Shown one piece after another: positions 1 to 8,643 of a stretch of 60,385 nt of DNA. Position numbers and translations under genes: made by a program. The notes beneath the pieces were generated by a model, which saw nothing but the letters and a program-made list of their open reading frames with translations, searched no databases and had not been told where the DNA came from. Numbering within the stretch: position 1 is the stretch's first letter; each line of letters begins with the position of its first letter. The DNA comes from Candidatus Zixiibacteriota bacterium. Lineage in GTDB: Bacteria > Zixibacteria > MSB-5A5 > SM1-73. The stretch is taken from the NCBI GenBank assembly GCA_049643405.1, contig JBARPX010000034.1, positions 1-60,385 on the forward strand, written 5' to 3'.

Positions 1-1520
1 ATATCGAAAGTCACCGATATGTCAGTGGAGACCGGCACGTTCAACTCATTCTGTGCCGGAGAGGTGGAAACAATGTCAGGCACAGTATCCAGCGAGATTC
101 CCCCTTGAATGCAGTAGACTCTTCCTCCGGAACTGGACAGCATCTGGGTTCCTGCCAGAACGTCCGGCGTGGTGTTGCCGTCAACATCCGGAAGACCTCT
201 AACCGTGAAGACACGGTTGCCGGTATAGTATGTCCAGAGGGTATCGCAGGCCCTGAGATCGACGCAGTAGACCTTGTAATCGAATGACCCCCCAATGGCC
301 TCGGGATACCCATCGCCATTTATGTCCTGGACTCCGTCGACCGTCCACACGTCCCCTCCGTTCAAGGTTCCCACGGTGTACTTGCAGATCTCCGAGCCAT
401 CGGCGCCGGAAACGCATATTATGGCATTTAGCCACGATCCGATCAGCACGTCCTGGATGCCGTCCTCATTCACGTCGTCGATGGGGACCACTTTCATCAC
501 GTACTGATAAGACCCCACGTAGTAGTTCCAGATGTGTGCTCCGTTGGTACCGCTTCTGCAGTAAACGTACCCATCCCACACGCCGGCTAAAGCGTCCTGT
601 TTTCCATCTCCATTCACGTCGTCGATGGCGGCAACGTCGTGGACCGATGCTCCAGCGAAGCTGTGCTGCCACAACACGGTTGCTGCTCCCATACTGGCTC
701 CCGAGACACAGACGATTCGATCGTCATAAGGGTCTCCCGATCCGATAAGGGCGTCGTTCTTTCCATCTTCGTTAACGTCTTCGATCTCGGCTACGGCGAA
801 GACCGCGTCGTATGCGTTGAACTTCCATATCACACTGCCGTTGGTGCCGTTCACACAGAAGGCAGCATTTGCATCCGAACCAGCCCCAAAAAGAACCTCG
901 GGTATGCTGTCACCGGTCAAATCCTGTATGGGACAGACCGAATAAATCCAGCCGGAAGGAGGGAAGGCATAGGTGTCGTAAGACCAGATAACGCCCCCCG
1001 ACAACCCGTCAATTGCGTAAGCAGTGCGTCCGCCCCAGGCCGTGCCCAAAAGGGCGTCGGCATGACCGTCTCCGTTTACGTCATCCATGTAGGAAACGCA
1101 CTGGTCGCCCCAACCGCCGCTGTTGCTCGGCCCGCCGGGAGGGCGGCAGGACCAGAGAACCGTCCCGTAGCCGGGACTGTTCCCTTTGATGCAATAGAAA
1201 TGATCCTCCTGCGGCGCTCCTGCATCATACGTTTCGACCAACACATCCGGAAGTAGATCCCCGTCCACATCCACAAATGGGGAGACGCACTCCACGTTTT
1301 CTATTCCCTGGAACCACCAGATCAAATCCCCTCCGGCTTTAGGGCCGTCCTTCACCACGGGAGCCCACGTCTCCGGGAGAGATTTGCATTCACACAGGCG
1401 CTTCTGCATGATCTGCCAGTCGCGATCCTTGTTGATCATTCCTCCCCATGCAATTTCAACCGCCAGAAGTAAGACAATCGAGAAAACGAGAGCAACAACT
1501 TTTAACCGTTTGGTTGCCAT
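1..1520 (-). CDS. FG-GAP/VCBS-like repeat beta-propeller secreted protein (N-terminal part; C-terminus lies beyond window start)
   Basis: Absent from ORF track because there is no stop in the window. The minus frame is open from the window edge to ATG 1520-1518, with AGGAGG about 8 nt upstream. Manual translation begins MATKRLKVVALVFSIVLLLAV (signal/TM). It carries at least 6 spaced D-x-N-x-D-G-x-x-D motifs: DDVNGDGHADALLG, EDVNEDGKNDALIG, DDVNGDGKQDALAG, DDVNEDGIQDVLIG, QDINGDGYPEAIGG, PDVDGNTTPDVLAG. Confidence 0.75.
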   Translation of the reverse strand, partial: MATKRLKVVALVFSIVLLLAVEIAWGGMINKDRDWQIMQKRLCECKSLPETWAPVVKDGPKAGGDLIWWFQGIENVECVSPFVDVDGDLLPDVLVETYDAGAPQEDHFYCIKGNSPGYGTVLWSCRPPGGPSNSGGWGDQCVSYMDDVNGDGHADALLGTAWGGRTAYAIDGLSGGVIWSYDTYAFPPSGWIYSVCPIQDLTGDSIPEVLFGAGSDANAAFCVNGTNGSVIWKFNAYDAVFAVAEIEDVNEDGKNDALIGSGDPYDDRIVCVSGASMGAATVLWQHSFAGASVHDVAAIDDVNGDGKQDALAGVWDGYVYCRSGTNGAHIWNYYVGSYQYVMKVVPIDDVNEDGIQDVLIGSWLNAIICVSGADGSEICKYTVGTLNGGDVWTVDGVQDINGDGYPEAIGGSFDYKVYCVDLRACDTLWTYYTGNRVFTVRGLPDVDGNTTPDVLAGTQMLSSSGGRVYCIQGGISLDTVPDIVSTSPAQNELNVPVSTDISVTFD

Positions 1521-1747
1521 AAGGCTTACCTCCTGAAGGAGAGATTATTTTGTTGATTTTTCAGTATTTTCAGGATCATTCCGGAAACTGATACTTTCAG
1601 CCTCTTCCAATATTAAAGTTAACACAATTTTTGAATTTGTCAATAAAATTCGGGAGGGGCCGGAGTTCGTTCAGACCGGGAACATGGCCCGCTGAGGCCT
1701 TAACGGGTGACGCTTGTGTAAGCCTAAACAAGCTTCTGCAGTAACAA

Positions 1748-1785
1748 AGAAACCAGCACCTAACTTAAGTTAGGTGCTGGTTTCT
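1748..1785 (-). terminator. Perfect 38-nt palindrome, likely intrinsic terminator of the 1844..2971 gene
   Basis: AGAAACCAGCACCTAACTTAAGTTAGGTGCTGGTTTCT. All positions pair. On the minus strand it is followed by a T-rich CTTTGTT. Confidence 0.55.
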
Positions 1786-1843
1786 AAACCCCGCTTAGTC
1801 CCCGATTACCAGGCCACGGACCTTTAAGTGGATTCCGGGGACG

Positions 1844-2971
1844 CTATTCCTCCAGCATCTCCACATTGGCCCGGGGGATGATGGCTTTAGTGCCGTCCTG
1901 AAATTCAACTTCCAGTACTCTGGCAGATGACTCCGATTCCAGCTTTTGCAGGGCCGGAGGAAGAGAGCTGACCTTGCCTAATCGGCCGAAATGAGGCTCG
2001 CGGATTACTCGGACGGGGCAGCCCTCGGTCAGCCCCATGCTCTCGAATTCCTCGACCTTCTCTTTGAGATGCACATCTCCTCCGAACGGGATCACCACTT
2101 CCGGGCGAATCACCCCGGCTCGGATCTGGGTGGCTCCGTTTATGCAGGCCATGGTGCCCTCTTTTGATTTCAGAAGTGCGAAGGTTATCTCCGCCATGTT
2201 AATCTCTCCAAATCCCTCGGTGACCACCAGAGTCACTCCCAAGTCCTCCGACCCGGTTATGGCCACCCCCAGATCGTAGCCCAAAAAGCCTCTTAGGTCC
2301 TTGTCGTCGAAGCCCCCCACCACGATCCCTTTCGCACCGAGCTGTATGGCCTTCTTTAGGGCTTCCGCGGTGACCAGGCTTCCGCCAACCACCACCTTTC
2401 CCGCGCAATCCTTATCGATCAACCTGTCGGTCAACACTTCTGTGTTATCCTTGGTCACCACCTTGATTTCTCCGTGCGTCTCACCGCCGATGCCGAAGAT
2501 TCCCTGGATGAATGATCCCCAGGTGGAGACCGCCACTCCCTCCTTCTCGAACACCTCCATGATTTCACCCTCAAGATATGCCTTTATCTCCACCGGGATA
2601 GGATTCCCCCTGATCAAAACCTGTCCGGTGACGGAGGAGATGCTCTCCACGCTCCCTTCGGCCTTGGCTTTGCATTCGGATGAGAATAGACCAAAAAAGC
2701 TCTTGCTCTTGGCGATGACTTCGCCCTCGTTGACCTTCTCCCCTTCTTTTCTGAGCATGTGGTGCATTATGTCTTCCGGGGGAATTCCCAGGATGTTGGC
2801 CACGTTGATCGGCTGAACGTTTCCCGGGAGCAGGGTTCGAGCCACCACCGTATCCGGCTTCACCTTGTCCCCGACCTTACTGAGAACGTCTCCCTTCAAA
2901 GGAAGTATTCTTTTCTTGGTCAAAAGAACTTTACCAGTTACCTTCAATCCAGGCGTATATGCGTGACCCAT
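1844..2971 (-). CDS. Conserved hypothetical protein with N-terminal lipoyl/hybrid-barrel-like segments, partner of the MutL-like ATPase
   Basis: ORF 1844..3004. The preferred start is ATG 2971 (MGHAYTPGLKV), preceded by AGGAGAGAG. GDVLSKVGDKVKPDTVVART resembles barrel-sandwich hybrid motifs. It lies 36 nt downstream of the MutL-like gene. Confidence 0.6.
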   Translation of the reverse strand: MGHAYTPGLKVTGKVLLTKKRILPLKGDVLSKVGDKVKPDTVVARTLLPGNVQPINVANILGIPPEDIMHHMLRKEGEKVNEGEVIAKSKSFFGLFSSECKAKAEGSVESISSVTGQVLIRGNPIPVEIKAYLEGEIMEVFEKEGVAVSTWGSFIQGIFGIGGETHGEIKVVTKDNTEVLTDRLIDKDCAGKVVVGGSLVTAEALKKAIQLGAKGIVVGGFDDKDLRGFLGYDLGVAITGSEDLGVTLVVTEGFGEINMAEITFALLKSKEGTMACINGATQIRAGVIRPEVVIPFGGDVHLKEKVEEFESMGLTEGCPVRVIREPHFGRLGKVSSLPPALQKLESESSARVLEVEFQDGTKAIIPRANVEMLEE

Positions 2972-3040
2972 AGTCTCTCTCCTGTTCGCGTATCTTGAAA
3001 ACACGACGACATGCGCCGATGTTTTTTCCCTGAAGACGCC

Positions 3041-4885
3041 CTACATCTTCTCCAGCGCCTCTTTGGGGTAAATGTCCAGCGCTGTCATCCACTCTTTCAG
3101 TTTTAGCACTCTGGTCTTGGCATCAGTCGGCAGATTGAATGGCCGACCCCTGCAATCGATGATGATTCCGCTTACTCCGCCGTGAATGGTCGTCTCTACT
3201 TTGTTTCCTCGTCCTGCTCCCACATCAAAGCCTCGATGCGGTTCGAAAGTCGCCTCGCACGTCTGGGGAACGCCGGTCTTTTCGTCCAGCCCTAGAGGTA
3301 TGCTTCTCATCTCCCCGTATTTCACCGATCCTTCCTCGATCTTCCCGTCGGGCATGGTGAACTTGTAGCTTAAGATGTCCCGCTCCTCCTTCGATTCTCC
3401 GACTGGAGCGATGCAGGTACCGAGATGAATCAGGCAATCCTTGTCGAAAACCTGTGTTGCGGCCTTGGCGTGAACCGTGGACAGGACGCCCAACTGGGGC
3501 ATCATGAAGATGGAATCGACTGCCAGACGGGTTATTCCCTCCGGAAGGAAGCCGTCGATCAACATCAAAGCCCCCTGTTGTCTCCGGGGAGCATGCGAGA
3601 GCACCCCGCCCGACCCGACCAGCATGTTCAGGCTCATCATACTGACTAACGTCTGACCTCCCAGATCCTGGGCAAAAGCGTCCCCGATGGTTCTCTGCTG
3701 CTGAATCCCCTTTAACTCGGTGGCGAACGACTTGTGCTGAACGAAAGCCAGCCTTAAGGCCTCCTTGGCTATTGCCTGCTCGAAGATCAATTCCTCCATC
3801 ATCTGCGGGATGGTGGTGGGCCGGATCATCTTGTTTTTAACCCTGTTCCTCAAGTTCCTCTCATCCATGTGAAAGGGAACCCAGCGCATCACGTTCTCCA
3901 GTCCGGCTTCGGCAAAGACGTTGGAGACCGAATAACTCATCCCCAAGTTGGCGCTCACCGTGCGATTGAACACCTTCTGAAAAACCGAGAAGATGTCGGT
4001 GGTGGCCCCACCGATGTCCACACCCACCACCTCAATCTGTTCCAGCTCGGCAATGGTTTTTATGATCAACCCCACTGCGCCGGGCGTGGGCATGATAGGC
4101 GCGTCGGTCCAGGTCATTAGCTTCTTGTAGCCGGGAGCCTGGGCCATCACGTGTTCCATGAACAGGTCATGGATCTTCTCTCGAGCAGGAAGGAGATTCT
4201 CCCTCTCCAGCACCGGTCTAAGATTATCCACAATATCCAGCGCCACCTTATCTTTCAAAGTCTCTTTGACGGCTTCTCTGGCATCCACGTTGCCCGCATA
4301 GATGACCGGAAGGTTGTAGCCAATTCCCAATCTGGGCTTTGGATCGGCGGCGGAAATCAATTCGGCGATCTCCGCCACATGGGTGGTGGTGCCTCCGTCG
4401 ATTCCACCGGAGAGCAGAATCATATCCGGCCGGAGATGCCTTATCCTCTGAATCTGCTCATGGGGAAGTCTCTTGTCGTTGGAGGCGATAACGTCCATCA
4501 CGATTGCGCCCGCTCCTAAGGCTGCGCGTTCTGCCGACTCAGCGGTCATGCTTCTCACCACTCCCGCCACCATCATCTGCAGGCCGCCGCCGGCTGAGGA
4601 GGTAGAGATGTAGAGGTCGGTGCCCACGTTGTCACTGGCAGGAGAGATAATCCTGCCTTGTTCGTCCAAGAGCTTTCTTCCGGTGAGTTCCTCCACCTCT
4701 CCCACGGCATTTAAAACTCCCATGGTCACGTCCTCAAAGGGAGCTTCTACCGTAGTGGGGGCTTCACCCCTCACGATCAAGCGATACTCGTCCCCCTTCT
4801 TCTCGATCAGGATGGCCTTGGTCGTAGTGCTACCACAGTCGGTGGCTAAGATTACGTTCACGTCTTCAGGTTTTATGTCTTTCAT
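3041..4885 (-). CDS. Glutamate-mutase-L (MutL/GlmL)-like ASKHA-fold ATPase
   Basis: 614 aa. N-terminus VILATDCGSTTTKAILIEKKGDEYRLIVRGEAPTTVE, plus GVDIGGATTDIFS and LLSGGIDGGT phosphate-binding motifs typical of the MutL/GlmL family. Confidence 0.7.
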   Translation of the reverse strand: MKDIKPEDVNVILATDCGSTTTKAILIEKKGDEYRLIVRGEAPTTVEAPFEDVTMGVLNAVGEVEELTGRKLLDEQGRIISPASDNVGTDLYISTSSAGGGLQMMVAGVVRSMTAESAERAALGAGAIVMDVIASNDKRLPHEQIQRIRHLRPDMILLSGGIDGGTTTHVAEIAELISAADPKPRLGIGYNLPVIYAGNVDAREAVKETLKDKVALDIVDNLRPVLERENLLPAREKIHDLFMEHVMAQAPGYKKLMTWTDAPIMPTPGAVGLIIKTIAELEQIEVVGVDIGGATTDIFSVFQKVFNRTVSANLGMSYSVSNVFAEAGLENVMRWVPFHMDERNLRNRVKNKMIRPTTIPQMMEELIFEQAIAKEALRLAFVQHKSFATELKGIQQQRTIGDAFAQDLGGQTLVSMMSLNMLVGSGGVLSHAPRRQQGALMLIDGFLPEGITRLAVDSIFMMPQLGVLSTVHAKAATQVFDKDCLIHLGTCIAPVGESKEERDILSYKFTMPDGKIEEGSVKYGEMRSIPLGLDEKTGVPQTCEATFEPHRGFDVGAGRGNKVETTIHGGVSGIIIDCRGRPFNLPTDAKTRVLKLKEWMTALDIYPKEALEKM

Positions 4886-4906
4886 GTTACCCCTTCATCT
4901 GTGCGT

Positions 4907-4996
4907 CGATTTGACCACTTCTGTCTCTTTGATGTCTGCGGCCGCGTAGCGGAGCCTTCATGGCTCCGAGCAGAGGCCTAAAGCCTCTGCTACGCG
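4907..4996. repeat. Repeat A copy 1 (90 bp; direct repeat of 6551..6640)
   Basis: Same length as copy 2, with about 10 mismatches. Contains GCGTAGC-GGAGCC TTCAT GGCTCC-AGAGGC CTAA GCCTCT-GCTACGC nested hairpins. Confidence 0.85.
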
Positions 4997-5020
4997 CCTG
5001 ACACCGTGTTTCCACAACAC

Positions 5021-5686
5021 CTATTTGAGGTTTTCTCCGAGGAACCTTCTAACACCTTTAAGCATGTCCTCGACATCTTCCTTTTTATACTCATCAAACC
5101 TCGCGTGATCCGCGCTGTCGCGAATTCCTTTCCAAGCCTGGACCTGCTTTTGAGCGTTTCTGCCAAATGCCTTTTTGTCTGCGAGTTTGTGATTGAGGGA
5201 AGAAATGTCATCAACCTTTTTCACCGGGATGTTACGTTTCCCGCACATTTTTCTAAGACCATCCTCCAGCACAGCACCTGTAAGGGAAGCAGCAGGGTCC
5301 TTGTAATCGCTTTCCAGTAAGTATTCAGCCATTTCCAGGAAATCAGAAAATACCTCTGCAACGACTAAAGTTCTAAATCTTGTTAGATGGCCTTGTTCAA
5401 GATCATTTTTCAGGGCCCCTAATATACCAATCCCGCTATCTACCTCATCCATCTCCGGCGTCTTCACCTTTCCTTCAAAATTCCTTTTATACACGCTATC
5501 CGCTTCAGTGATGCTTTCAATGAAGGAAAGAGCATTTGTTCTCCATTCTTCAAATGGGGCATGTTTGACATGGTAGATATGTTCATCTCTTAAGGTTTCG
5601 ACATCTTGTTGAGTTTTTACGCTCTCGCCTTTCTCGATTAGATCTTGTATTCTCTTTAATATCTTTTCGTTAGTGTGATTCATCAT
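5021..5686 (-). CDS. HEPN-superfamily (DUF4145-like) protein, solitary
   Basis: 221 aa. The C-terminal helical region AASLTGAVLEDGLRK...WKGIRDSADHARF...EDVEDMLKGVRRFL carries an R-x4-H motif (RDSADH). The gene is visibly more AT-rich than its neighbours. Confidence 0.55.
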   Translation of the reverse strand: MMNHTNEKILKRIQDLIEKGESVKTQQDVETLRDEHIYHVKHAPFEEWRTNALSFIESITEADSVYKRNFEGKVKTPEMDEVDSGIGILGALKNDLEQGHLTRFRTLVVAEVFSDFLEMAEYLLESDYKDPAASLTGAVLEDGLRKMCGKRNIPVKKVDDISSLNHKLADKKAFGRNAQKQVQAWKGIRDSADHARFDEYKKEDVEDMLKGVRRFLGENLK

Positions 5687-5705
5687 TTTCCCAGTTGTGT
5701 CAGGG

Positions 5706-5767
5706 CCTCAGTCTTGACGCTTCTGATTGTGTTGTGTCGGAGTAGCTCCTGACACAACGGGTAAACG
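5706..5767. repeat. Repeat B copy 1 (about 62 bp; direct repeat of 6490..6552)
   Basis: CCTCAGTCTTGACGCTTC..TTGTGTTGTGTC(A)GGAGTAGCTCCTGACACAAC.GGTAA. Contains a 12-13 bp hairpin. Confidence 0.85.
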
Positions 5768-5771
5768 CTGG

Positions 5772-6071
5772 TCAATATCCGAGGACATTGACTGTAAGCA
5801 TGACGGACAAAGCATTGGAACTTACTTCCAGACTAGATTCCTTGTGTTTGGGCTGTCCCCACGACAAATATCCCTCGACGCTGACGTGTCTGGAGTATTC
5901 ATATCCTCCACCAGCGAATAAACCGAGGCCAATCCAAGTATCTGGACGATTATCTTCGAAAGGCAAAGCCCAGATGGAGTAACCAAGGCCCCCGGCAACA
6001 AAAGGGGAGGGAGCTTGTGGCTTGAACCAGTAAGAGACGGCCAGGGCACCCAACCCGCTAGCAATTGTCAC
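5772..6071 (-). CDS. C-terminal half of a small beta-barrel outer-membrane protein (possibly the frameshifted continuation of 6068..6409)
   Basis: 99 aa with a GTG start. Shows alternating hydrophobic/aromatic strands and ends LTVNVLGY (aromatic terminal residue typical of OMP barrels). It has no signal peptide of its own. Confidence 0.5.
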   Translation of the reverse strand: MTIASGLGALAVSYWFKPQAPSPFVAGGLGYSIWALPFEDNRPDTWIGLGLFAGGGYEYSRHVSVEGYLSWGQPKHKESSLEVSSNALSVMLTVNVLGY

Positions 6072-6409
6072 ATCCCACCCGACATATTAGTGATTCCATA
6101 AAAGTAAACCTTGCTGGTATGGTAAATCGCCCACGTATTATCTGGAGCATAACCGATCTTGAAATCGGTCACGACTGCTGCCTTGTTCTGGCGACCTGAT
6201 TCAGCGCTTACTCCCGGAATGTGGCGGATCACAACAACACGGTTAGTGTCATGTGGATATGTAACTTTTTGAGTAAATGAGGTAAAACCGGGACCGATAC
6301 CAAATCCTAACAAGAAACCTTTGCGTTGGCCATCCCATGCATAAGCGTTGACGGCCAGAAAGAACAGAATAAAACTGAGAAGGAGACAAAAGACATACTT
6401 TTTTGACAT
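6068..6409 (-). CDS. N-terminal half of a small beta-barrel outer-membrane protein (signal peptide present)
   Basis: The preferred start is ATG 6409 (MSKKYVFCLLLSFILFFLAVNAYA), preceded by AAGGAG. GFLLGFGIGPGF is a strand-like segment. The stop overlaps the next ORF start in GTGA. Confidence 0.55.
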   Translation of the reverse strand: MSKKYVFCLLLSFILFFLAVNAYAWDGQRKGFLLGFGIGPGFTSFTQKVTYPHDTNRVVVIRHIPGVSAESGRQNKAAVVTDFKIGYAPDNTWAIYHTSKVYFYGITNMSGGM

Positions 6410-6489
6410 ACTGCACTCCTTTCTCCACAAAAATCCTTTGCACGTAAAGCTCTTACAATTACCTAAGTTATCTTCTAGTTACCTCAGGA

Positions 6490-6640
6490 CCTCAGTCTTG
6501 ACGCTTCCGGTTGTGTTGTGTCAGGAGTAGCTCCTGACACAACAGGTAATCGATTTGACCACTTTTGTCTCTTTGTTCTTCGTAGCCGCGTAGCGGAGCC
6601 TTCATGGCTCCGCGCAGAGGCCTGAAGCCTCTGCTACGCG
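6490..6640. repeat. Composite repeat B copy 2 fused to repeat A copy 2
   Basis: B (6490..6552) runs directly into A (6551..6640). Both are in the same orientation as copy 1. Confidence 0.85.
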
Positions 6641-6699
6641 AGTCATGGCACGCTGCGCGCTACAGGCGTACCACTACGCTTAATCTAACCAAGCTACTG

Positions 6700-7338
6700 C
6701 TATTCCGACAGTGCCTCGGCTATCGCTTCTCCAAATCCTTTGGCCGCCGGGGGACCGCTGGCGGTGATTATGTTTCCGTCTATCTGCACTTCCTTGCCGG
6801 TGCATTCTGCTCCTTTATCCACCAATTTCTGTGTCTCTGAGCTATATACGGTGGCTTTCTTCCCGACGAGGATTCCGGCGTTGGCCAGTGTCACTGGTGC
6901 AATGCAGATGGCGCCAACGATCTTATTCTGCTTCACCGCCTCATTCAGCATGGAGTGGACGAAAGGATCATCCCAGTAAACGCTCGATCCGCCACCGCCC
7001 ACCAGGATTATGGCATCCCAGTCTTCTACCTTTATGTCGCTGACCAGCAGATCTGGTTTAACCTGGGCGCCCAACATGCCTTTGGCGATCTCCAGGGATG
7101 CACTGGCAACCTTGACCTCCACCCCTCTGTCGTACAGAACGCCCTGCGGCTCGATAAGCTCCTCATCACGAAAGTCCTGCGGGGCGATGATCATCACCAC
7201 CCTCTTCCCGGTCAGAGACTTTGCTTCCGCTGCCGACTCCTCTTGGACCACCTCGATTCCCTCCTGCTTTTCCTTGCATCCTGTAAACAGCAACCCCAAG
7301 AGGATCGCCGCGGCCATAATTGACAGGACCTGTTTCAT
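6700..7338 (-). CDS. DJ-1/PfpI family lipoprotein
   Basis: Signal peptide plus lipobox LLFTGC. Nucleophile elbow GAICIAP. DAIILVGGGG motif. Confidence 0.85.
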   Translation of the reverse strand: MKQVLSIMAAAILLGLLFTGCKEKQEGIEVVQEESAAEAKSLTGKRVVMIIAPQDFRDEELIEPQGVLYDRGVEVKVASASLEIAKGMLGAQVKPDLLVSDIKVEDWDAIILVGGGGSSVYWDDPFVHSMLNEAVKQNKIVGAICIAPVTLANAGILVGKKATVYSSETQKLVDKGAECTGKEVQIDGNIITASGPPAAKGFGEAIAEALSE

Positions 7339-7399
7339 CGTTTCCCCCTATCTTTTTCACAGACCGGCAAGATTGCTTTCTTGTCCGCGCCGGATGTTC

Positions 7400-7822
7400 T
7401 CATCTGCCGATAAGAATATATCTTACCTTCTCCCTAAAGCTCTTCTCTCCCCACTCTCTCTTTCTTCGCAGCTTTCTTTCTTTCTTGAGGACTTTCTCCT
7501 TTTCCTCTGTCTCAGAATCAAGCTGTTCGATTCTCTGCAACAGCTTTTCCACGGTTCCCCTCTCCTCCATCATCTTTCGGACCTCGTCATAGTCCTTCCA
7601 TGAGACCAGAGCGTGAACGAAAGGCTCGAAGAAGACCATCATCTGGCTGCCCACGTAATTCAAAGGTTTGACCGACTCCAAGAAAAGTACGGCCGGAACC
7701 GACATCTTCCAGTGAACCACCTTCCTGGCGATTTTGGTGAGGATCTCCTCCTGCTTGGGAGTGAGCTTCTCTTCCTCTCCCTTCTTCGGCCCCACCGAGA
7801 ACATGTCTCTCAGGAAGTGCAC
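7400..7822 (-). CDS. Hypothetical protein with Lys/Glu-rich C-terminus
   Basis: 140-aa ORF with a GTG start and AAGAGG upstream. No recognisable motif. Confidence 0.5.
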   Translation of the reverse strand: MHFLRDMFSVGPKKGEEEKLTPKQEEILTKIARKVVHWKMSVPAVLFLESVKPLNYVGSQMMVFFEPFVHALVSWKDYDEVRKMMEERGTVEKLLQRIEQLDSETEEKEKVLKKERKLRRKREWGEKSFREKVRYILIGR

Positions 7823-7866
7823 GACAGGTAACCTCTTGTTTTGAAGATTACTCCCGGGATTCTAAA

Positions 7867-8289
7867 CTAAGCGCTCTCTTTCTTCTCTATCTTTGATCTT
7901 ACGAAATCTACCACCTGATCTTTGTTCCGGCTGAATCGTACATAGACTCCCCTGAAGTTCTCCAGCCGGGACCTTTTGGCAAAGGGGGAGAGCAAAATCC
8001 CGTTTTTGTCCACATAGAATGAACGAAAGGCGCTCCACTCCCTCTCCCGCCTGGTGAAAAGGAACCTTATCTTGACCTTCTCTTGATCCAGTTCATAATC
8101 CGTCGGAAGAAAGAAGGAAGACAAGGATCCTAACAGGATGATCACGGCAAGGCCGGTGAGCAAAGGGCTGAAGGTGGTCACATATACCACCAGCCAGACA
8201 AAGAATAAGAAGAGAACGACCAGGATTGAAACCAGGATCTTCTTTTTCACCGGATGCGACGACCATTTAAGCGTAGTATCTTCACTCAT
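7867..8289 (-). CDS. Membrane protein with bacterial PH-like (bPH/DUF304-like) domain
   Basis: Two TM helices (ILVSILVVLFLFFVWLVVYV, LTGLAVIILLGSLSSFF) followed by a short beta-rich soluble domain. Confidence 0.55.
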   Translation of the reverse strand: MSEDTTLKWSSHPVKKKILVSILVVLFLFFVWLVVYVTTFSPLLTGLAVIILLGSLSSFFLPTDYELDQEKVKIRFLFTRREREWSAFRSFYVDKNGILLSPFAKRSRLENFRGVYVRFSRNKDQVVDFVRSKIEKKESA

Positions 8290-8330
8290 CTCGTTACCAT
8301 CCCATCAGAGAGGACTTAAGGGAGAGCCAG

Positions 8331-8618
8331 CTAAGTTCCCCCCTTCGGGGGCAGATCCTGGGGTGCTCGATACCTTTCTTTCCTGACCCGCGCCATCTCC
8401 TTCGCCAGTTCCTCCGGCTTGAATATCTTCTTTTCAACCAGAAGACGCACCAAAGCCTCTTGGGCTAAGTTGTTGGAGAGGACCAACTCGTCGAAGGTTA
8501 CCTCCCTCTCCTGGTCACCCATCATTATCTTTAGGGCCACTCTTCTGTCTTTTTCCTCTGTCACCTTATCACCCCTTACTTGATGCCAAATACGACCTGA
8601 ATTATCAGTATAACCCAA
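8331..8618 (-). CDS. Small hypothetical protein
   Basis: 95-aa ORF with a TTG start. An alternative GTG at 8564 follows AAGGGG. Confidence 0.4.
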   Translation of the reverse strand: MGYTDNSGRIWHQVRGDKVTEEKDRRVALKIMMGDQEREVTFDELVLSNNLAQEALVRLLVEKKIFKPEELAKEMARVRKERYRAPQDLPPKGGT

Positions 8619-8643
8619 TTTCTTTTGCTTTTCAACCGTTTTT

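Noticed and set aside
284-1256. Plus-strand ORFs 284..748 (154 aa) and 639..1256 (205 aa)
   Set aside because: They are Arg/Pro/Ser-rich and low in complexity. They lie antisense to a continuous minus-frame FG-GAP repeat protein that has a clear RBS, signal peptide and repeated Ca-binding motifs.
6490-6552. Repeat B as an integron attC site (GTTGTGT...ACACAAC resembles GTTRRRY/RYYYAAC cores)
   Set aside because: The hairpin is a short, near-perfect palindrome without the extrahelical bases or the L/R box spacing of attC. No IntI integrase or attI is present, and the core matches are imperfect.
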